This document shows positions 31,831 through 41,092 of a stretch of 64,000 nucleotides of DNA, piece by piece (the stretch's first letter is position 1; the number at the start of each line of letters is the position of its first letter). The position numbers and the translations under genes were made by a program. The notes beneath the pieces are model-generated. The model saw only the letters and a list, made by a program, of their open reading frames with translations, was not told where the DNA came from and ran no database searches. This stretch comes from an uncultured Acidobacteriota bacterium (GTDB taxonomy: Bacteria > Acidobacteriota > Terriglobia > UBA7540), in assembly GCA_963804995.1 (NCBI GenBank), contig CAWDSK010000001.1:192001-256000 (forward strand). Reading direction: 5' to 3'.

Positions 31831-33135
31831 CCGTGATGCAGGATATCCTCGGGGTGATCTGCCGATTGTCCGTGTTTGTGCATCAGCAGCCGGTCACTGG
31901 CGGAGTCGTAGGTGAAGATCTCGCCATATCGACCCCAGTACAAAGCCGTCTCGATTTGCCGTTGAGCCTCTTCCTCGGAAAAGTGTTCCTCCAGAATGTC
32001 CCGGAAAAACTCCAAAGGCATCGCGCCATCCGATTTGCTGGCCAGGCAACCGCTGATTCGCTGAAGGAGCGTGGCATGGGCCAGGACGGCTTCCCGGAAG
32101 AGGGTCTTTCGCGCCGAAATATCCGCGCCGGCGAACTCCCTTCCCTTGTCCGTGATTTCAACGTCCCCTTTTTCCGTCCGGGTAAAGGCCAGCAAGGTTG
32201 CACCCTCAACGATGGGCAGCAGGTCATCAACCTCCATCAAGAGTTCTTCCGCGACGTGGTACAAGTCTTCCTTTCCTCCGTGATCGTTCAGCAGCTCAAG
32301 CAATCCCCCGATGCCGCCCGGCCGCGCGTGGGGCAGCATCTGGTAGGGCGCTTTGGCCGCGCGCGCCGGGGTCGAGGGCGGTGTGGACTTCGAGTTCCGG
32401 CTGGGTCATCAATTTGTAAATGTAGTCGACATAGACGAGGAATTCGGCGGAATGACGATCCCGGGGCTGGGGCAGGGGAATGCGGAAATCCGCCCGGATG
32501 CTGGCGGGATTGCGTTTGAGGAGGATGATCCGGTCGGCCAGCAGGGCGGCCTCTTCGATGTTGTGCGTGACCAGAAAAATGGCGCGCGTGGGGATCTTTT
32601 TGGCCAGCCACAGTTCCATCACTTCCCCGCGCAGGTTCTCCGCCGTCAGGACATCGAGAGCCGAAAACGGTTCGTCCATGAACAAAATCTCCGGCTCCAC
32701 GGCCAGCGCCCGCGCAATGCCCACGCGCTGCTTCATGCCTCCCGAGAGCTCCTTGGGGTAGGCAGATTCAAAACCATGCAGCCCGACCGCGTTCAGGGCC
32801 CGGAGCGCTCGCCGATGTCGTTCGAAGTGCTCCATGCCTCGCGCCAGCAAGGGGGTCTCCACATTGTCCAAAACCGTAAGCCACGGAAACAATGCGAAGC
32901 TTTGAAACACAATGGCCAGGTTCGGCTTGCAATCTTGAAGGGGCGTCCCGTGCCAGAAGACCGTTCCCCGTGAGGGCTGCACAAGGCCGGTAAGCATTCG
33001 TAAGAGCGTTGACTTGCCGGAACCGGAAGGGCCGAGCAGAGCGGTGATGGTGTCGGGCTCGATCGACAGGTCAGTGGGGGCGATGACTTGGATTTGTCTG
33101 CCATCGGGCTGGAGGAAAGATTTCTCAATCTGCAA
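31827..33135 (-). CDS. NitT/TauT-type ABC ATPase with C-terminal AAA-associated domain (apparent frameshift near 32360)
   Basis: [27 protein letters not shown]-terminal part (DDLLPIVE...WGRYGEIF) lies in another frame, 31827..32339. Confidence 0.85.
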
Positions 33136-33189
33136 AGCCTCAGCAATCGGCTCCAGGGCCTCCAGGGGCTTGGAAATGATCTTTCCCGG

Positions 33190-33577
33190 CTAGGCGGCCG
33201 CGCCTTCCTCGGGCTGGGCCGCGGGGGTGTACTCCCCCGAGAGTTCGTCCATCAAACGCTGCCAAGCTTCCCCCGGCAAATCGTCGAGAAACTGAATGCG
33301 ATCGCCGGGATTCATCTTGTTGACGATGGCGCGTAGACCCTCCGTCGAGCGCGTATGCAGCAAGACGTAGGCATGATAATAGGGAAAGTGACCGATCAGA
33401 GTGGCGGCGAAATCAACCGGCAAAACGCGAAACAGGACGCGCTGTTCTTCGAATGGGACACCCAGGAATAGATTCGCAGCGGCCGCCGGATCTAGCCTTT
33501 GCAGCAACCCGACCGCCTGGTCCCAGTGCCCCTGGGCCAGTACCTCTCGAAGCTTTTCCGCTGGCGGCTGGTCCATG
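33190..33577 (-). CDS. MgtE-N-like helical domain, in frame with the ABC ATPase across a single TAG
   Basis: ...KMNPGDRIQFLDDLPGEAWQRLM; the frame continues [23 protein letters not shown] after the stop. Confidence 0.6.
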
Positions 33578-33898
33578 AACGTATCCAATTGGAAAGTGGC
33601 TGTCCCTCAATTTCGAAGAACCGTCAGTGTACACCCGCCCACACGGTTCGTGGAAAATTGATGACAGGCGCCCATGTTCCTGCAACGCACCACTGACGAT
33701 CAAATTGCGCTTCTAGCGGCCGCTTGCAATTCATAATTTGGCAATGACCTTGCTTGCACCATCCCCGCTAGACCCGCATGAACACTGGGCTTGACAAGGG
33801 GTTTATCATTATGCTTCCGCGTGGGGGCTCGCGGAAAGAATTTCGCTGGCGCATCACCCTTTTTTCTGCTTAGAATTTCATATCGGTTTGCTGAGTGT

Positions 33899-34165
33899 AT
33901 GGAGACTGCGAATCCCAATTTCGCCGAGCCGCAGCACGAGGCTGCTTTTTTCTACGGCCTCTTCTTGCGCGGTCACCCGCTGCAAAAACTGCGCGAAGAT
34001 ATCAACGTCCCTCCGCACGTGCTGGCACGCTGGCAGCGCCTGGCCGAGCGCGATCCCATGTACCACGGCATGCTGGAACGCATGCTCACCTACCGCAAAC
34101 ACGTCCTGGCAATTTTCGATACCCTGGTCTTCAGAGAAATGCTTGTTCCCAACCGAATGCAGTGA
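33899..34165 (+). CDS. Small hypothetical protein
   Basis: 88-aa ORF with host-like codon usage (HEAAFFYGLFLRG). Confidence 0.65.
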   Translation: METANPNFAEPQHEAAFFYGLFLRGHPLQKLREDINVPPHVLARWQRLAERDPMYHGMLERMLTYRKHVLAIFDTLVFREMLVPNRMQ

Positions 34166-34170
34166 ATCAA

Positions 34171-35094
34171 TCAATGCATCAATAGATCCGCTCCCCAGGT
34201 GAAGAAGAAGAGCAGGCTGATGTAGCCGTTGACGGTGAAGAACGCGGCGTTGAGGCGGGAAAGGTCGGAGGGCCTGACGATCCAATGCTCGTAAGTAAGA
34301 AGCGATGCCATCAGGGCAACCCCCGTCACCGCACTCCACCCCAGGTTTTCGAGTTTCACCACGCCGATGAGCAGGGCCACCATGGCGACGTGGCAGGCGA
34401 CCGATCCGTAAAGCGCCGCAGCAACTCCGAAGCGTTGCGGAATGGAATGGATTCCGACTTGACGGTCGAACTCCACGTCCTGGCAAGCGTAGATAAGGTC
34501 AAAGCCTCCCACCCAGAAGGCTACCGCGGCGCCCAGCAACAACACGCTTACACTGACGCTGTTGCGCAAGGCGATCCAGGCAGCGATGGGTGCGAGACCA
34601 TCCGCGATGCCCAATACCAGATGCGAGAGCAACGTGAAGCGCTTGGTGTAGGAATAGAGAAGCAGGACGGCAATCGCCAGGGGCGAAAGCTTGAAGGCGA
34701 GCGGGCTGAGTTCCCAGGCAGCAAGCGCCAGCAGCGCGCAGGAGAGGACTGTGAACCCCGCGGCGAACCGCAAGGTGAGGCGGCCCGAGGGTAGAGCGCG
34801 CTGCCGAGTGCGAGGGTTGAGGGCGTCGAATCGGCGGTCCGCAATCCGGTTGAACGTCATCGCCGCGCTGCGCGCCCCCACCATGGCCACAATCAGCCAG
34901 AAGACTTCGCGCCAGGTGGGCCAGCCTCGCACCGCCAGCATGGCTCCCACCAGGGCAAACGGCAGGGCAAAGATCGAGTGCTCGAACTTGATCATTTCGA
35001 GCGTCGTGCGGAGCTTCGCCGCAAGACCCGTAGCAACGCCCTGCGGGGCCGGTGGCAGCGATTCACTTTGGAGAGTTCCACCCATGAGAGACAT
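34171..35094 (-). CDS. ubiA: UbiA-family prenyltransferase (MqnP-like)
   Basis: IKFEHSIFALPFA, NRIADRRFDALNPRT, YSYTKRF, DLIYACQD; start uncertain. Confidence 0.9.
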   Translation of the reverse strand: MSLMGGTLQSESLPPAPQGVATGLAAKLRTTLEMIKFEHSIFALPFALVGAMLAVRGWPTWREVFWLIVAMVGARSAAMTFNRIADRRFDALNPRTRQRALPSGRLTLRFAAGFTVLSCALLALAAWELSPLAFKLSPLAIAVLLLYSYTKRFTLLSHLVLGIADGLAPIAAWIALRNSVSVSVLLLGAAVAFWVGGFDLIYACQDVEFDRQVGIHSIPQRFGVAAALYGSVACHVAMVALLIGVVKLENLGWSAVTGVALMASLLTYEHWIVRPSDLSRLNAAFFTVNGYISLLFFFTWGADLLMH

Positions 35095-35319
35095 TCCATG
35101 ATGCCTGATCCCAGTTAACAAGTACAAGGGCGATTGCCAGATGCCAGCAGTGGCTTCAAAAAAAATGGCACCGGAATGCTCCGATGCCAATAGAATTCGT
35201 GTCAAACCTTGAAGATCTTCCTATTCCTTTACCTTGTTCCGGGGTTCTTGATAACCGCTACTGGGGGCAGGCTGTTCTGTTTTAGAAAGCAACGTTTGTG
35301 AGGCAGACCCTTCGATTTC

Positions 35320-35403
35320 TCAACTCCTCATCCATGCAGGCCAGTCCCTTACCTCACGCATTGCTTCTTCAAAAACCTGCTTTAGTGGTCCGTTCACTGA
35401 CAT
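35320..35403 (-). CDS. Putative 27-aa peptide MSVNGPLKQVFEEAMREVRDWPAWMRS
   Basis: GGAGGTG RBS 4 nt before ATG; ATG lies 15 nt after the deaminase stop; below the ORF-track cutoff. Confidence 0.55.
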   Translation of the reverse strand: MSVNGPLKQVFEEAMREVRDWPAWMRS

Positions 35404-35418
35404 AGTTCACCTCCGGAG

Positions 35419-36924
35419 TTATTCATTATTCTCTGTCATCTTTTCGCCGAAAATCAAGCTGGCTTCTTTTTCATTATGTATGTACGTTGGGGGAGACCCC
35501 TCAAGTCGGAGCCTCTTTTCCCACGCAACTGTGTTACCGTCGGGCCCCTTCCTTGTGACCATTGAAAAGAGCTTCATGTACAGACGGGGGGCAACTCCTA
35601 CGTATGGCGTAAACCGTACTTTATCATGTAGAGCTGCCTCATCAAAGGCAATTGCGTCCTGGTGGAATTCTTGAGCCAGACTTTTGGGATAAGGCTCAAT
35701 GTAAACAACCCGATCAATTCCCGCAGCGATGATATGCCGCGCGCAATCATGGCACGGGTAGGTGGTCGTGTATAAGGTACATCCCTTCGTTGGTACCCCT
35801 CGGCGCGCTGCGTCAAGTATGGCGGTCATTTCAGCGTGAACTGAGCGCCCGTATTCTATTGCCCGCATAATCTGTGCACCTGCCATCAGCAAGGCCGCTT
35901 CACTTCTTCGCTTATCCCGATCCATTTCGGTTTTGTCCTTCGTAAACCAAGTACTGCCGTCATTACAAAATCTTTCAAGAATTTCGGAAAGGGTCATGCT
36001 TTTCAGCTTGTCGCTAGTGTCATAACCGAGTTTGAAGTCCCGCATGTCCGGTTTATCATCGGGCCAATAAAGTCCTCCACCCGATTTAGGAACCTCATTA
36101 CAACCCATCGCAACAATTTCACCCTCAGGTGTCGAGATGGCTGCTCCAACTTGTCGGGCCAAAGAAGAAGAACGAAGGGCAGCACCTTGGGCGTGGAACA
36201 TCCCATACTCATCCTGCGTAGGGGTGTGGTAGGCATAACCGAAGAGGAGTTCCACAAACCTTCCAACTGACACCTGTAGTCCATCAGCATCACTCGCATT
36301 AACAAATACATCGGCGGCGGGGAAGGTATCTTTAACCTTTTGGCCAAATGGCAGCCCGCTCTCTTCCTCGTCACGATTTATCAACTTTTCAGCCTTATCC
36401 CGAAATCGACTAGAGTATGCTGAGTCTTCGGACTGAGCAATGTCAGCAGCAAGCTTCTTTACTCGGCTCTCACGGGGCGAATATGCTGAGACGAGAACGA
36501 AAGCCTCGCCGTACAACTTCCGGAATCGCTGGACTTCTTCGGGATGCTTTAGAGATCTAAATACGTACGCACAGTTCGGAATCAACTTATCGGCATTCTG
36601 TTCGGGATCCTGTTCCTTGCGAAACTGCCGAACCTGACCGACTGCAAAAAGGGCAAGCCCATCGCCTCCGACCTTTTCCCGGAACGAATCGCCTGCGTCC
36701 ATATGGGTCGCGTATCTCTCGAAAAGTGGCTGTTTAACCAATTTATTGCCCCATTTTGTGTTGCGCAGGAGTTCAATCAGGCGGATGGTACGGCATGAGT
36801 AATCGACTCCCAAAAGGGAATTTGCCAGGGTTTGCTCAACCCGGGTTAGGTCAGTGCCGACTGCACCCACGAGGCCGATAAATAGTTCTGCTCCATCAGC
36901 GGATATTTGACTGCCTGTTGACAT
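35419..36924 (-). CDS. Anti-phage dCTP/dCMP deaminase-like protein (P-loop-kinase-like + deaminase; AvcD-like)
   Basis: N-terminal IGLVGAVGTD; RQVGAAI, GCNEVPKSGGGLYW, HAE and PCHDC zinc motifs; visibly lower GC than neighbours. Confidence 0.88.
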   Translation of the reverse strand: MSTGSQISADGAELFIGLVGAVGTDLTRVEQTLANSLLGVDYSCRTIRLIELLRNTKWGNKLVKQPLFERYATHMDAGDSFREKVGGDGLALFAVGQVRQFRKEQDPEQNADKLIPNCAYVFRSLKHPEEVQRFRKLYGEAFVLVSAYSPRESRVKKLAADIAQSEDSAYSSRFRDKAEKLINRDEEESGLPFGQKVKDTFPAADVFVNASDADGLQVSVGRFVELLFGYAYHTPTQDEYGMFHAQGAALRSSSLARQVGAAISTPEGEIVAMGCNEVPKSGGGLYWPDDKPDMRDFKLGYDTSDKLKSMTLSEILERFCNDGSTWFTKDKTEMDRDKRRSEAALLMAGAQIMRAIEYGRSVHAEMTAILDAARRGVPTKGCTLYTTTYPCHDCARHIIAAGIDRVVYIEPYPKSLAQEFHQDAIAFDEAALHDKVRFTPYVGVAPRLYMKLFSMVTRKGPDGNTVAWEKRLRLEGSPPTYIHNEKEASLIFGEKMTENNE

Positions 36925-36968
36925 TGGACAACCTCTAGTCGCCGGGTACGTTATTCAAACGCGGCCTT

Positions 36969-36998
36969 ACTCTAAATGTCACTTACTCGGTAGGTCAA
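36969..36998 (-). promoter_or_regulatory. Sigma70-type promoter for the deaminase
   Basis: TTGACC-N18-TAGAGT about 45 nt upstream of the ATG. Confidence 0.45.
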
Positions 36999-37042
36999 GT
37001 AGTATATTTTGAGTAACAATTCTGGCCATCATCAAGATGCTT

Positions 37043-37717
37043 CTAATGAACAGTTGACTTCTCGCCTCTCGGATATCCCACCGTTTGTGATAGCAGGATT
37101 TTCTGCTCGGGACCGAGGTTCATCGCTTTGGCAAGCGCCGGACGATCAATGCTGCCGCGCACCACCACAGCGAGCCCTTCCGACGCGCAGAAGAGATAAA
37201 CGTTCTGAGCAATGAAACCCACATCCGCGCCGGTGTAGAAGCTTTTCTCCTCGGCGGAACTTTTCCCCGTCTTCGCGAGGTCCGCGACGTAAACAAGATC
37301 GACAGGCGCGTCCTTCACGAAGGGCTGCAACCCCGTCGCACCGCGCACGTCCTCCGCCACGACGGGGTCAAGCTGATTGGCTTTGGCGTTGTAAACGTAG
37401 AGCCCGTCAGCGGTGGCAACGTAAATGTCTATTTCCTGCCAGTTCATCGCTGAAGGCGCCGTGCGCTTGCCGGTGTCCGGCCGGTTGATGCCGAACGCCG
37501 CCCAAAGCAGATTTGAGAGAACCTGCGGCGCGAGTTTCTGGGAGCTGAATTCGCGCGTGGTGTGCCGATCCCTCAAAGCCTGCATGAGGGGCTTGCCACC
37601 TTCAGTCTGCGGTGCAGGAAGGTGAATCGGCTTTAACTCCTGTGCCAGGGAAAGTGTCGAGGTCAGGAGCAGCACGAAAAACAGCGTACAAATTGGTTTG
37701 GAGAATGAAGTCTTCAT
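37043..37717 (-). CDS. Nitroreductase-family (SagB/ThcOx-like) protein with signal peptide
   Basis: RHTTREFS, LSNLLWAAFGINR, RTAPSAMN, AQNVYLFCASEGL. Confidence 0.85.
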   Translation of the reverse strand: MKTSFSKPICTLFFVLLLTSTLSLAQELKPIHLPAPQTEGGKPLMQALRDRHTTREFSSQKLAPQVLSNLLWAAFGINRPDTGKRTAPSAMNWQEIDIYVATADGLYVYNAKANQLDPVVAEDVRGATGLQPFVKDAPVDLVYVADLAKTGKSSAEEKSFYTGADVGFIAQNVYLFCASEGLAVVVRGSIDRPALAKAMNLGPEQKILLSQTVGYPRGEKSTVH

Positions 37718-37828
37718 GAAAGCCCCCGGGAATGGGAATTTTGTGCGAGGACAGCGGGTCTCGGGCGATTGAAGTCGGGAGGGGTTCCTTCCAAGGGCCC
37801 AATCACCCAAACACAAATCACCAATCAC

Positions 37829-38464
37829 TCAATGCAATCTCTTCCCTTCCCCCTCCCAGCGATACTGCTCGGGCTGCGTGAGATCGAGCCGGGCCAGCAC
37901 ACGGCAGCAGTACTGGGTAACGAGGTCATCGAGAGTCCTGGGGCGGTGGTAGAACGCCGGGATAATGGGGAAAATCACCGCACCTGCGGCCTGGGCGCGC
38001 AGCATGTTCTCAAGATGGATGCGGTTGAAGGGCGCATCCCGCACCGCGAGGATGACCTTGCGTCCCTCCTTCAGGCAAACATCGGCAGCGCGCTCAATCA
38101 GTGTGTCGGATATTCCCGCCGCAATCTGAGCAAGGCAGCCGGTCGTACAAGGAATGATCACCATGCCGGCCACATCGTATGACCCACTCGCAATCGAGGC
38201 GCCGATGTCGGAATCGAACAGGTACTGAGTTTTGCGGGTCGGGTGGGCGGCGAGCGCGGCGGGAATTGCCGTGGAGGTTCGAACCTCCAGATCGAGTTCG
38301 TCGCGCAGCAGCTTGAGGCCGCTGCCGGAAATCACCAGGTGAATCTTTTCGACCCGCCTGTCGGCTTCGAGCATCTGCAAAGTGCGACGCGCGAAGATTG
38401 CGCCACTCGCGCCCGTAACGCCCAGAATGATCCGTCTCTTGTCCGCAGTTTTCAAGGCAGCCAT
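37829..38464 (-). CDS. ubiX: Flavin prenyltransferase
   Basis: GVTGASGA, IASGS, LIERAADVCLKEGRK, PAFYHRP. Confidence 0.92.
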   Translation of the reverse strand: MAALKTADKRRIILGVTGASGAIFARRTLQMLEADRRVEKIHLVISGSGLKLLRDELDLEVRTSTAIPAALAAHPTRKTQYLFDSDIGASIASGSYDVAGMVIIPCTTGCLAQIAAGISDTLIERAADVCLKEGRKVILAVRDAPFNRIHLENMLRAQAAGAVIFPIIPAFYHRPRTLDDLVTQYCCRVLARLDLTQPEQYRWEGEGKRLH

Positions 38465-38697
38465 CGGCCCGGATGTTAGTCGGCGAGGGGAGCGAAGTCA
38501 AGGAAGTGTGAATCGTGGCGGGGGCTGGTATACTCGAATTGTCAGTTGTCCGTTGTCCGTGGCAGGTCTTCAGTCATCAGTCCCAAGTTGCCAGCAATGC
38601 CCGCGTAGGTTGCTCTGACAGTTCATACTAAAGGCTGAGAACTGACAACTGATCACTGGCGACGGACCACGGACAACATCCGGACTGTGAGGTTGAC

Positions 38698-39444
38698 TTG
38701 ACCCCTGAAGAAATTACCGCCATGTTGAAGAAGGTGCGGGCCGGCAAGCTTTCCGTAGAAGACGCCGTCGACCACCTGCGCAATCTGCCCTACGAAGATC
38801 TGGGCTACGCCAAGATCGATCATCACCGCTCGCTGCGGCAGGGTTTTCCCGAAGTGGTCTTTGCGCGTGGCAAGGACCCGGCGCAGGTGGAAGGCATTGT
38901 CAGCCGCATGCTGCGCAACCGTCACAACATCCTGGTGACGCGCGGCGACCGCGGACTTTACGAGTTGCTGCGGCCGCTCCACCCCAAGGTGGAATTCTAT
39001 GCGCTTTCGGGCGCCATCAGCATTCGCCGCGAGCGCAAAATTCGCGGCCGGGGGAAGGTCCTGGTGGTGTGCGCGGGGACATCGGATATTCCTGTAGCGG
39101 AAGAAGCTCTGGTAACGGCGGATATTATGGGGAACCGCGCGGAGGCGCTTTACGACGTGGGCGTGGCGGGCATCCATCGACTGCTCGGCGAGAGCCACCA
39201 CCTGCGTGAAGCGCGCGTGATCATCTGTGTGGCGGGCATGGAAGGCGCGCTGCCTAGCGTGGTGGCAGGCATGGTGGCGTGTCCCGTCATCGCCGTGCCT
39301 TCAAGCGTCGGCTACGGCGCCAGTTTCCGCGGTCTCGCCGCGCTCCTCGGCATGTTGAACAGTTGCTCGCCGAACGTCTGCGTGGTCAATATCGACAACG
39401 GCTTCGGCGCCGGGTATCTGGCCAGTGTGATGAATCGTTTGTAA
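38698..39444 (+). CDS. larB: Nickel-pincer cofactor biosynthesis protein LarB
   Basis: [48 protein letters not shown]. Confidence 0.92.
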   Translation: MTPEEITAMLKKVRAGKLSVEDAVDHLRNLPYEDLGYAKIDHHRSLRQGFPEVVFARGKDPAQVEGIVSRMLRNRHNILVTRGDRGLYELLRPLHPKVEFYALSGAISIRRERKIRGRGKVLVVCAGTSDIPVAEEALVTADIMGNRAEALYDVGVAGIHRLLGESHHLREARVIICVAGMEGALPSVVAGMVACPVIAVPSSVGYGASFRGLAALLGMLNSCSPNVCVVNIDNGFGAGYLASVMNRL

Positions 39445-39665
39445 AAACTCGTTTGATTTCGTCTTGTTTCCAGGCGTAGGATTAGCTTGGACGCGGGCGA
39501 GCCCGCCCTAAAGTAGCTGGGTATGGGATGAGAGCCCGGCCGCGCGGTAAGTGTCCTCCGGGGCACAATAAATGTCGCTTCCCAATTGAGCCCCCGCGTC
39601 CATTTTCCTTGCCCCGACCGATGGACCGCCGTTCAACACGGCGGGAGTGCGGTTCGCAAATCACC

Positions 39666-40962
39666 CTACTTCCCAAACACCCGCTCGAAAATCTCATCGA
39701 CGTGCGTCAAGTAACGCTCCACCTTGAACACTTCGGCAATTTCGGAAGGCTTCAGATACTGGCGGATGTCGGGGTCGCGCTGCACCAGGGTGCGATAATC
39801 CTCGCGAGTCTCCCAAACTTGCATGGCGTTGCGCTGCACCCAGCGATAGGCATCTTCCCGCAGCGCGCCCTTCTCAACCAAATCCAATAATAACTGTCCA
39901 GAAAAAATCAGCCCCTTTAACAGGTCGAGGTTTTCGCGCATGCGCTCCGGATAGACGAACATGGTCTCGACGAGCTGCGCCGTCTTGGCCAGCAGGTAGT
40001 CAAGCAGAATGGTGGAGTCGGCCAGGATCACGCGCTCGAACGGAAGAGTGGGAGATGTCGCGTTCGTGCCAGAGCGCCACGTTTTCAAGTGCCGCCTGGG
40101 CGTTCGACCGCACCACGCGCGCCAGCCCGCAAATCTGCTCCGCCGTAATGGGGTTGCGCTTGTGGGGCATGGCGGAGGAGCCTTTTTGCTGGGGCGAGAA
40201 ATACTCTTCCACCTCGCGGACTTCGGTGCGCTGCAAGCCGCGAACCTCTAGCGCAATTTTCTCAAGCGAAGCAGCCGCGACGGCGAGCGTCGAAAGGTAA
40301 AACGCGTGCCGGTCGCGCTGGATGACCTGCGATGAAACGGGCGCCGCCTCCAGCCCCAACCTTGCGCAGATTTTCTTTTCGATGGAGGGCGGCAGGTGCG
40401 TGTAACTGCCCACGGCGCCCGAAATCTTGCCGACGCGCATCTGCTCCGCGGCGTAAGCGAGGCGTTCGGTATTGCGCTGATTTTCCGCGTACCAGATGGC
40501 GAGCTTGCAGCCGAAGGTGATGGGCTCCGCATGGATGCCGTGGGTGCGGCCGATCATGGGAGTGTGCTGAAACTCGAAGGCGCGCTTTTTCAGAACTTGG
40601 CCCAAGCGGTTCAGGCCAGCGATCAGCAGGCTGGAGGCTTCGCGCACCAGCAGCGCCTGCGCCGTGTCCACCACGTCGTTGGAAGTGAGCCCGTAGTGCA
40701 GATAGCGGCCCTCGCGGCCCACGTGCTCCGCCACGTTGGTGGTGAAGGCAATGACGTCGTGCTTCACCTGGCGCTCGATCTCCAGAATGCGCTCCACCTC
40801 AAACCGCGCTTTCTTGCGGATAGCGCGCGCCGCGGCCTTGGGAATCAACCCGGCTTCGGCTTCGACCTCCGCCGTGGCGATCTCAATGTCCAGCCATTTC
40901 TGAAACTTGTTTTCGTCCGTCCAGATGCGGCCCATTTCCGGGCGCGTGTAGCGGGGAATCAT
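39666..40962 (-). CDS. purB: Adenylosuccinate lyase (apparent +1 frameshift near 40040)
   Basis: [42 protein letters not shown] continues as ERVILADS in the next frame. Confidence 0.92.
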
Positions 40963-41092
40963 AGGTTTTTCGATTTGCGATTTTGAATTTGCGATTTCGC
41001 CGGAACCAAGCGGCGAACCGCAGACGAAATCCTACCACAAGAGGAGCGAGTTGGGACAAGTCAGGTGTGAGTAGTGAAAAGCTGGCGTAGCG

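Noticed and set aside
33190..33192. Pyrrolysine/selenocysteine recoding of in-frame stops (TAG 33190, TGA 35320)
   Set aside because: No pyl or sel genes or evident recoding hairpins in the window, and the positions are not catalytic.
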